A stretch of 64,000 nt of DNA from Candidatus Micrarchaeota archaeon (GTDB lineage: Archaea; Micrarchaeota; Micrarchaeia; Norongarragalinales; SBBD01): the NCBI GenBank assembly GCA_018819225.1, contig JAHJQN010000003.1, forward strand, positions 32,001-96,000. The letters are read 5' to 3'. Position 1 is the first letter of the stretch; each line of letters starts with the position of its first letter. The position numbers and the translations under genes were made by a program. The notes under the pieces are model-generated. The model was not told where the DNA came from, made no database searches, and saw only the letters and a program-made list of their open reading frames with translations. Below, one piece after another: positions 56,949 through 64,000 of the stretch.

Positions 56949-57353
56949 TTATAACTCCAACAGCTTTAACCCGACTTCGGAATCCATTTCCCGACGTATC
57001 TTTTTAAGCTCTGTGACGAAGAGCTCGAGCGTAGCAGAAACCCGGGCCTCCTTTACGTGGCCGCCGAAACACTGAAAGGAATGATCGGAAATCACGGCAT
57101 GCGCGTGCAAACCGGTCTCGGAAATCGTGCCCTGCAGGGAAACGACTTCGAACTCGCCCTGCCACGTCCCCCAAACGTAGCCTTTCGTCTCTAATACATA
57201 GCGGCCAAGCGTAATCTCGTCCACGGCTCCAATCCCTTGAACCCGACCGCCTTTTACACCGGTTTGCTCGAAAAACGATTGCATGGACTCGAACAGCTTT
57301 TCCCCGCGTGTTAGTCGAATGACGAAGTGATTGCTCTCCTTGCGCATTTCCAT
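56949..57353 (-). CDS. PPC/DUF296 domain protein
   Basis: RL.RGE, GIGA, EVVSL.G.I, HAH and GGH. Confidence 0.85.
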   Translation of the reverse strand: MEMRKESNHFVIRLTRGEKLFESMQSFFEQTGVKGGRVQGIGAVDEITLGRYVLETKGYVWGTWQGEFEVVSLQGTISETGLHAHAVISDHSFQCFGGHVKEARVSATLELFVTELKKIRREMDSEVGLKLLEL

Positions 57354-57450
57354 AGCCGTCCCCTCCCTGCACTAAACCATTTTAAATTTGAGTGAATTGA
57401 AACGTACCAAGCATAAAAACATTTGCCAACCAATCCCAAGTGAAAAACTT

Positions 57451-57678
57451 ATGAGTACCTCCAAACGATTTAAACACGTGACCTGGGCGATTCTGGCCTT
57501 CATCGCGCTCATCATAGCGAGCATTGGAGCCTCTTACCACGCGGTCATCGACGTGTTCGGAGCCAAAATAGCATTGCAACCCTATTCGTACGTGTTTTGG
57601 GGACTCGCGTTCTTGATTATTGTGTTCATTGCATTCAACGTCTGGAAACCAGAGCCCACGCACGCCAAAGAGGAGTAA
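57451..57678 (+). CDS. Small two-TM membrane protein upstream of ftsZ
   Basis: Two hydrophobic helices; ends 2 bp before the ftsZ ATG. Confidence 0.6.
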   Translation: MSTSKRFKHVTWAILAFIALIIASIGASYHAVIDVFGAKIALQPYSYVFWGLAFLIIVFIAFNVWKPEPTHAKEE

Positions 57679-57680
57679 CC

Positions 57681-58931
57681 ATGGGACTCATCGAAAAATT
57701 ATTAACCGGGGAAGAAAAAGAAGGCAGCGCTTCCGAGCTCAACGAAATCCAAGACGAGAATGTCAAGCGACTCGAAGAAGAAGAGGAAAAGCGGCGCGGA
57801 CTCGAACAATCCCCGGAGTCCCTTGAAAAAGAGGAAAACGAAGTGCCTCCCGAACGAATACCCAAACCCGCACCCGAAAAGCCGCTATCGAAAGACGATG
57901 AAGAACTCAAGAAGTTTCTCGATCAAAGCGAGCCCAAAATCTTTGTCGTGGGATCCGGAGGCTCGGGATGCAACACCCTCAACCGCATGATCGAAGAGGG
58001 GGGCGTGCACGGATCGCGCATCGTGGCATTGAACACGGACGCGCAACACTTGTTCCGCGTATCCAAAGCCGAACGCAAACTCCTCCTCGGAAAACAGAAA
58101 ACCAAAGGAAGCGGGGCGGGAAGCAACCCGCAACTCGGAAAAGCAGCCGCCGAAGAATCCTATAAAGAAATCAAGCATCTGCTAGCCGACGCGAACATGG
58201 TATTCGTCACGTGCGGAATGGGGGGCGGAACCGGAACCGGAAGTGCGTCGGTCGTTGCCCAGGCCGCCAAGGAGAACGGTGCGCTCGTCATCGGCATCGT
58301 CACCATGCCGTTCACGAGCGAAGGCCACAAACGCATGCACAACGCCATTGAAGGCCTGAAAGCGTTGCGCCAAGTCGCGGACACGACCATCGCGATTCCC
58401 AACGATAAACTGCTGTTCTTTGTACCGGACCTGCCGTTGAATCAAGCCTTCCGTGCTGCGGACGAAGTGCTGGCCAATGCCGTCAGAGGCATCGCGGAAC
58501 TCATCACCAAGCCCGGCCTCATCAATTTGGATTTTGCGGACGTGAAAACCATTATCGAAAGCTCCGGAATTGCCATGATCGGCCTCGGAGAAAACTCGAA
58601 GGATCAAGGAAAAGACCGCGTCGTGGATGCCGCTCATCGCGCACTCCAATCCCCGCTGCTCGATTTGGATTTGTCGCAAGCCAACAAGGCGTTGGTGCAC
58701 ATCACGGGAGGAGAGGATATGACGTTGGGAGAAGCGGAGGCAGCCGTCAATGCGATCAGCGCAAAAATAGCGAAGGAAGCGCACGTGATCTGGGGCGCAA
58801 CCGTTGAAAAGGAGTTGACGGGCAAAGGCGTAAAAGTACTGGCCGTGCTTTCCGGTATTCAGGACGATCAGCATCAGAAACAACCCGAAGTCGCCATTGA
58901 AGAAACGCTCAACCTCGAATTCATCACGTAG
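57681..58931 (+). CDS. ftsZ: Cell division protein FtsZ (FtsZ1-like)
   Basis: [34 protein letters not shown] and INLDFAD; next to secE. Confidence 0.96.
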   Translation: MGLIEKLLTGEEKEGSASELNEIQDENVKRLEEEEEKRRGLEQSPESLEKEENEVPPERIPKPAPEKPLSKDDEELKKFLDQSEPKIFVVGSGGSGCNTLNRMIEEGGVHGSRIVALNTDAQHLFRVSKAERKLLLGKQKTKGSGAGSNPQLGKAAAEESYKEIKHLLADANMVFVTCGMGGGTGTGSASVVAQAAKENGALVIGIVTMPFTSEGHKRMHNAIEGLKALRQVADTTIAIPNDKLLFFVPDLPLNQAFRAADEVLANAVRGIAELITKPGLINLDFADVKTIIESSGIAMIGLGENSKDQGKDRVVDAAHRALQSPLLDLDLSQANKALVHITGGEDMTLGEAEAAVNAISAKIAKEAHVIWGATVEKELTGKGVKVLAVLSGIQDDQHQKQPEVAIEETLNLEFIT

Positions 58932-59068
58932 CATACCGGTCAGTGAACGCGATAACGCAACGCTTAAAAATGTTCTATTGCCTAAGGGAATTGCTAATTT
59001 TCCGAGTGCCTAGTTTTGGATGCGTTAGAGGTGCACTGCGGAAAAGGCGATAAAAAAAGGGGATCCGA

Positions 59069-59269
59069 ATGGTCAGCTTGCAAAGCATTGGAGCCATGTT
59101 CGAGGAATTCGTCAAGCAGAGTGAACGCGTCATAAACGTGACGCACAAGCCCGGACCCGACGAATACAAACGCATTGCCATCAGTACCGGAATCGGCATG
59201 CTCATCATCGGCGTCATCGGTTACGTCATCGCCATGGCCGCCGTCTTCATGCGAAGAGGCAGCTTCTAA
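59069..59269 (+). CDS. secE: Protein translocase subunit SecE (Sec61-gamma)
   Basis: RV..VT.KP..DEY..IA..TG.G..IIG.IGY.I; conserved position. Confidence 0.9.
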   Translation: MVSLQSIGAMFEEFVKQSERVINVTHKPGPDEYKRIAISTGIGMLIIGVIGYVIAMAAVFMRRGSF

Positions 59270-59285
59270 AAAAAAGTGAAAAACC

Positions 59286-59720
59286 ATGTTATTCGCATTT
59301 CGCGTCACGGCCGGTCAAGAAAACATTGTCGCCGATTTGTTGAACGAGAAAACGAAGAAAACCAAGGCGCCCATTCAAGGCATCGTGGTATCACCTTACC
59401 TGAAAGGCTACCTGATCGCCGAAGCGGAAAACGAAGTGGAAGCCAAGCGTTTGATCACGAACGTACCGCACGTTAAAGGCGTGTTGCAACGGCCCATGCA
59501 AATCGAAGACCTGAAAGAAATGCTGGAAAGCAAGCCGCAAGAAATCACGCTCGAAGAAAGCGACCTCGTGGAAATCACGTCCGGGCCCTTTAAAGGCGAG
59601 AAAGCGAAAGTCGTGCGCATCTTCAAGGACAAGGAAGAAGTGATCGTCGAACTCGTGGAAGTCGCGGTACCGATTCCGGTCACCATCAAAATCAATACCG
59701 TCAAAGTACTGCAACAGTGA
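59286..59720 (+). CDS. spt5: Transcription elongation factor Spt5 (NusG family)
   Basis: TAGQE, LKGY...EA and the KOW motif VEITSGPFKGEKAKV. Confidence 0.95.
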   Translation: MLFAFRVTAGQENIVADLLNEKTKKTKAPIQGIVVSPYLKGYLIAEAENEVEAKRLITNVPHVKGVLQRPMQIEDLKEMLESKPQEITLEESDLVEITSGPFKGEKAKVVRIFKDKEEVIVELVEVAVPIPVTIKINTVKVLQQ

Positions 59721-59726
59721 TTAACT

Positions 59727-60218
59727 ATGGGAAAACAAACAATACCCGCATTAGTGGAAGGCGGCAACGCAACCGCAGGCCCGCCGTTGGGACCCGCGCT
59801 CGGAGCCGCCAAAGTGAACATCGGCCAAGTGATCGCGGCCATCAACGAAAAAACCGCGGCCTTCAAAGGCATTTCCGTGCCCATTAAAGTCATTATAGAT
59901 ACGGGCACCAAACAGTTTGAAGTCGAAGTGGGCACGCCCCCCGTATCCGCGTTGATCAAGAAAGAACTCGGTATTACGGAAAACGTGAAAGAAGAATCGG
60001 GCGTGAAAGGAAAGAAAATCATCGGGAATCTCAGTATCGATCAAGTGGTACGCGTCGCGAAATCGAAACAAAGCGCGAGTTTAGCCACCACGCTCAAGAA
60101 CGGCGTCAAGGAAGTCATGGGCACGTGTAAAAGCATGGGCGTGACCGTGGAAAACAAGGATCCCAAGGAAACCATTCAAGAAACGGATTCGGGCGCGTTC
60201 GACGAAAAAATTAAATAG
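59727..60218 (+). CDS. rpl11: 50S ribosomal protein uL11
   Basis: LVEGG.A..GPPLGPALG, PPVSALIKK and GTCKSMG. Confidence 0.96.
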   Translation: MGKQTIPALVEGGNATAGPPLGPALGAAKVNIGQVIAAINEKTAAFKGISVPIKVIIDTGTKQFEVEVGTPPVSALIKKELGITENVKEESGVKGKKIIGNLSIDQVVRVAKSKQSASLATTLKNGVKEVMGTCKSMGVTVENKDPKETIQETDSGAFDEKIK

Positions 60219-60267
60219 TCCGCTGCCCCCACCTTTGTTCATACGGCATTCAAGCGAGGTGGACGAT

Positions 60268-60600
60268 ATGGAACAACCGGCAACGCAACAACCCCAGCCA
60301 AAGCCCGAAACCAAGACCAGCGAACCCAAAAAAGACCGCAATATCGTGTACGTCGGAAAAAAAGAAACGATGGCCTACGTGCTCGCCGTCGTCACCCAAT
60401 TCAATCAAGGATCGCAAGAAGTGCATCTGAAAGCACGCGGCCGCAGCATCAACAAAGCCGTTGATATCTCGCAAATCGTCAAGAACCGTTTCGTGCCAAC
60501 CCTCACGATAAAAAACGTTGATATCGCCACCGAAGAACTGACTTCGGAAGACGGCAGCGTCAACAAAGTCAGCAGCATGGACATTCTCGTGCGGAAATAA
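60268..60600 (+). CDS. albA: DNA/RNA-binding protein Alba
   Basis: VYVGKK..M.YV.A, KARGRSI.KAVD and VSSMDI; SD GAGGTG before ATG 60268. Confidence 0.9.
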   Translation: MEQPATQQPQPKPETKTSEPKKDRNIVYVGKKETMAYVLAVVTQFNQGSQEVHLKARGRSINKAVDISQIVKNRFVPTLTIKNVDIATEELTSEDGSVNKVSSMDILVRK

Positions 60601-60607
60601 GATAATG

Positions 60608-62350
60608 CTACATTCGCTCGGGAACCGTTATTCCCAGCACGTCGAGCGCGGATTCCAATACCGTCTCCGTACTTTTCACGAGATGCAATCGAAATGCCTT
60701 GGATTCCTCACTTTCCGCTTTCAGCACAGGGCACGCGTCATAGAATAACGAGAACTGGGTGGCTAGCGAGAACGCGTAGGTGCACACGGCATGCGGTGCC
60801 CGAGAATGCGCGGCAGCCGACAACACGTCCGGATAAGAAGAAAGCAAGGCGATCAAACGCTTTTCCTGATCGTGCATTGGAAGCGCTTTCGGAAGGGCGG
60901 GAATCTCGGAAACATTCCCTTTACGAAAAATGTTTTTTGCGCGAACGATCGTGTATTGTAAATAAGCGGCGGTGTTCCCATCAAAACGCACGGCATCCTT
61001 CAAACGGAACGTAATGTCCTTTTCCGCCGTGACTTTAAGAACGGAATATTTAACGGAGGCGATGCCCACGGAATGCGCGATCGCCTCCGCCTCCTTCGGC
61101 GTATATCGTTGGCGTTGTTGCACCTCTTTCAACGCATATTCTTTAGCGGTCTGCAGAACGTCCTCCAACAACACCACGTGACCCTTGCGAGTCGAAATGC
61201 GTCCTTCCTCCAAGAAAATCAGTCCAAAACCCAAATGCATCAAGCGGTCGGCAAACGGTTTCTTGAGCGCCAGGAGCAAAGCAAAGACCTGCTGGAAATG
61301 GAGGTTCTGTTCGCTCGCCGTCACGTATAATCGGAACGCGTACTTGTATTTGCGGTAATCGCGTGCCGCCAGGGCCAAATCCCTCGTGGAATAAAGCGTG
61401 GTGCCGTTCGAGCGAAGAATCACGAGATTCGGCAAGCCGAGCGGCTCCAAGTTTCCAACGATTTCTCCCCCCGTATCCTTGAACGCCACATTCTTTTTTA
61501 CGGCCTCGCTCACCAGCTTTTTTCCTTCCGAAACAAAATCGGAATCAAAGACCTGCTCGTCAAACGTAATGCCTAGTAATTGGTAATTGCGTTCGAACGG
61601 CAAACAACTGGTATCCCGCACGCTCTTCAAATCCTTCAGAACCAATGCATCGCCCGATTCCATGCCTTCCACCAACGCACGCGCCCGTTTCTCCAGTTCG
61701 GGATGCGTCTCCATTTCCGCGTGAATCTTCACGTAGTATTTCAACAAATCGTTTTCCGTGAGGATACCTTCCCGACCAAATTGTTTTACGGCTAACAAGA
61801 GTTTGGCGGTTTGCAAGCCCGCTTCGCACAAATAGTTCGTGGAAATCACGCGATACCCCTGCGTACGGTACAAGCGAGCGAGAGAATCTCCTAAAATGGT
61901 GGAACGAATGTGGCCGATATGCATGGGTTTGCCGATATTGGGAGACGAAAATTCAACGATCACGGTTTTCTTCTTGCCGGAATCGCCGATACCGTAAGAC
62001 GAATGACCGGCCAGTTCAATTAAAACGCGATTGTAAAATGTCGACGAAAAAAAGAAGTTGACGTAACCATTCGCTGCTTCCACCTTCTCAAACAACGCGT
62101 CATTCGAAAGGCGAATGGAAGATACGAGGGATTCCGCCAATTGAATCGGATTTCCGAGCGAGCGATCGCGACCGCACGCCTCGAAGCACACGTTGGAAGA
62201 GAGGTCACCCAAGCGCTTGTCGCGCACGTCCTGCAAACGCATCTTTTTTTCCGAGAAATCCAAATGAGGAACCGTCTTCTTCAACGCGCGGACCAAGAGG
62301 CGAGCGGCTTGCGTTCGCGCCTGCAATGAAACGTAAGGAACCATTTCCAT
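60608..62350 (-). CDS. argS: Arginyl-tRNA synthetase
   Basis: VEFSSPNIGKPMHIGHIRSTILGD, RSNGTTLY.TRDLA, STRKG and YLQY...RA. Confidence 0.95.
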   Translation of the reverse strand: MEMVPYVSLQARTQAARLLVRALKKTVPHLDFSEKKMRLQDVRDKRLGDLSSNVCFEACGRDRSLGNPIQLAESLVSSIRLSNDALFEKVEAANGYVNFFFSSTFYNRVLIELAGHSSYGIGDSGKKKTVIVEFSSPNIGKPMHIGHIRSTILGDSLARLYRTQGYRVISTNYLCEAGLQTAKLLLAVKQFGREGILTENDLLKYYVKIHAEMETHPELEKRARALVEGMESGDALVLKDLKSVRDTSCLPFERNYQLLGITFDEQVFDSDFVSEGKKLVSEAVKKNVAFKDTGGEIVGNLEPLGLPNLVILRSNGTTLYSTRDLALAARDYRKYKYAFRLYVTASEQNLHFQQVFALLLALKKPFADRLMHLGFGLIFLEEGRISTRKGHVVLLEDVLQTAKEYALKEVQQRQRYTPKEAEAIAHSVGIASVKYSVLKVTAEKDITFRLKDAVRFDGNTAAYLQYTIVRAKNIFRKGNVSEIPALPKALPMHDQEKRLIALLSSYPDVLSAAAHSRAPHAVCTYAFSLATQFSLFYDACPVLKAESEESKAFRLHLVKSTETVLESALDVLGITVPERM

Positions 62351-62400
62351 TCACGGACACGTAACAGGAATAAGAGATTTAAATAACGAGAGGGGTTTGT

Positions 62401-63381
62401 TCAAATGAGATAGGGTAGGGCAACGAGTGCGATAACGGCTGCAGCGGCTTCCACCGCCAATAAAACGCGCACGACTTGGGTTTCAGTAACGGGTTGCCAC
62501 CGCATGATGACGTGAGTCAACGATCCAATATGCGGAGGCGAATGCAAAATTCCTTTCGTATCCGGAATCCCGAAACATTGCGCCTGAAAACGGGAGCGCA
62601 ACTTTAAAAGGAATTCAACGAAATACGGGGCGAATAATACCAATCCGAATAACTCCAGGTTTCCGATAATGGCCGCTGAAGCAATCGTGGCTCCAATCGT
62701 GTACGTTCCCACGTCCCCGGGAAACACTTTCGACGGAAACCGGTTGTAGTGAAAAAAAGCAAGGAGTGACGCCAGCAAACACAATGATAGAATCAAGGCT
62801 TCCCAAGCGCCCGTGGAGAATGCGGCAATGGAAAGTGCGGTGGCCATGATGATGCCCATACCGGCCTCCAATCCGTTGAGTCCGGCCAACATGTTGAATG
62901 CGTTCGACGCCCCACCCACTCCCAGAGGAATCGCGATCACCGGATAGAAGGATCCGAAGTGAATCGGTCCAATGAAAGGAAAGTCAATGATGCGACTTCC
63001 CGCCCGCACCGAACTCAACGGAATCGCGGAAAAAAATGGGAGCGGGGCCTTCACGCGTCGTTTGAGCACATACAAATCGTCGATGATACCCATCAAACCC
63101 ATGAGCAGAATCGTGCCCAGTGCGCCCAAAAGAAAAATCTTCTCGAGCGCGGGGGTATTGTAGCCCAGCGTAATCGCTGCAAGCAAACCGAGACTGAGAC
63201 CGAAAACAAGGGCAATTCCTCCCAACTCGGGAACCTTGCGCCGGTCTTTCTTGTTGAAATCGACGCCCTGCAAACCCACATGCCGAGAATTGCGGATGAC
63301 GAACGGAACCGCAAAGAATACCGCTAAGAACGACAACGTGAAAGAAAAAGCGAAAACCTCAAACAACGCGAATTGGACCAT
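62401..63381 (-). CDS. aglH: UDP-GlcNAc:dolichyl-phosphate GlcNAc-1-phosphotransferase (AglH/GPT, glycosyltransferase family 4)
   Basis: D.NK....VPE.GG, G.IDD, NAFNMLAGLNGLE and P.KVFPGDVGT. Confidence 0.85.
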   Translation of the reverse strand: MVQFALFEVFAFSFTLSFLAVFFAVPFVIRNSRHVGLQGVDFNKKDRRKVPELGGIALVFGLSLGLLAAITLGYNTPALEKIFLLGALGTILLMGLMGIIDDLYVLKRRVKAPLPFFSAIPLSSVRAGSRIIDFPFIGPIHFGSFYPVIAIPLGVGGASNAFNMLAGLNGLEAGMGIIMATALSIAAFSTGAWEALILSLCLLASLLAFFHYNRFPSKVFPGDVGTYTIGATIASAAIIGNLELFGLVLFAPYFVEFLLKLRSRFQAQCFGIPDTKGILHSPPHIGSLTHVIMRWQPVTETQVVRVLLAVEAAAAVIALVALPYLI

Positions 63382-63393
63382 CCAATAAATCGC

Positions 63394-64000
63394 CTACGCG
63401 ACGAGCTTGAAAATCTTGACTTGACCGTTCGGAGACGTGTACGCATGCTCAAAACCCTCCAGCGTTCCGAAGAAGAAGAGCTGCACGAACGCTGCCTCAA
63501 ACAAATGACTCTTAAGGCGTCCGTCCGTCAATGTTTCCAGATCCGGATTCAGATTCATGAAGGCGGCATTCGAATTATACAAGAAGCCCGTGCTGGACAG
63601 CGGCACGGCATTGATGCGCGAGTCCCCACCCAGGCTCACCAACTGAGGATTATTCAACGCTTTCTCCTCGCCGGGTTTGATCAATAAGGACAAGCCCCCG
63701 TTGTTATCCAAGCAGTAGAACGCGCCGAACCCCGAGTACATCATGGCCCGAGGAATCACTCCCGGACACTGCACGCGCTGCGGATCTCCTCCAGGAGTCG
63801 GTTGGAAAACGGAATAGATTTGCTCGAACGCGTGCTCGGTTTCATATTCGCTTTGGCCCGGACCCGCATCCCAGTTCGCAATGGAAGGCGTGAAACCGTT
63901 TTCAGGCCCGCTGTACGTGCCGGAAAGATAATTCAAGGCGCCCCATTTCGGCACCAGTTCCGCGTCCGCTAAAAGGTAAGTGGCCCCGTGCTGCTTCATG
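63394..64000 (-). CDS. C-terminal part of a probable oligosaccharyltransferase AglB/STT3 (partial)
   Basis: DK-like motif ELVPKW..L and the C-terminal FE..YTS.NG.VKIFK typical of STT3/AglB; adjacent to aglH. The WWDYG motif would lie outside the window. Confidence 0.6.
   Translation of the reverse strand, partial: MKQHGATYLLADAELVPKWGALNYLSGTYSGPENGFTPSIANWDAGPGQSEYETEHAFEQIYSVFQPTPGGDPQRVQCPGVIPRAMMYSGFGAFYCLDNNGGLSLLIKPGEEKALNNPQLVSLGGDSRINAVPLSSTGFLYNSNAAFMNLNPDLETLTDGRLKSHLFEAAFVQLFFFGTLEGFEHAYTSPNGQVKIFKLVA

Noticed and set aside
59408-60022. 204-aa minus-strand ORF, and similar long antisense ORFs (4631-5206, 19260-20048, 47008-47823, 58182-58934)
   Set aside because: Shadow frames opposite well-supported genes, with no motifs of their own.
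1-64000. tRNA, rRNA, CRISPR arrays, transposases, integrases and replication origin
   Set aside because: None recognised by eye. Intergenic gaps are short and no cdc6/ORB boxes are evident near the oap-like genes. tRNAscan-SE and Infernal would be needed to exclude small RNAs.

Overview
A gene-dense archaeal chromosome segment. Evidence for Archaea: aIF5B, Spt5, SecE/Sec61-gamma, Alba, PurP, a Brix protein, AglH/AglB, class III signal-peptide pilins, TATA-box promoters and GGAGGTG ribosome-binding sites. A DPANN, Micrarchaeota-like origin is my inference. In order, the window holds: a bacterial-type alpha-glucan module (treY, malQ) plus a DAACS transporter; a sufS / DsbA-like / cysteine synthase cluster; a tandemly duplicated surface cassette (large C25 gingipain-fold protein lacking the catalytic Cys plus a small Cys-rich membrane protein); a type IV pilus locus with a vWA adhesin; gltX, alaX, two purP paralogs and pdxS/pdxT; a trpY-trpB2-ParB/SerK-like locus; aIF5B; surface proteins and glycosyltransferases; valS; the ftsZ-secE-spt5-rpl11-alba cluster; argS, aglH and a partial aglB. 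No tRNA, rRNA, CRISPR array or mobile element was recognised. The best find is at trpB2, which has no in-frame start codon for its conserved N-terminus. The SD-led ATG at 36999 opens a 9-codon ORF (MKPGELLWR) containing CTT-TGG-C. A +1 slip at this Trp codon, in the same layout as the prfB site, would give full-length TrpB2. This is a candidate tryptophan-starvation-activated programmed frameshift, on top of TrpY/TRP-box repression, in an operon that may also encode its own phosphoserine-supplying kinase.
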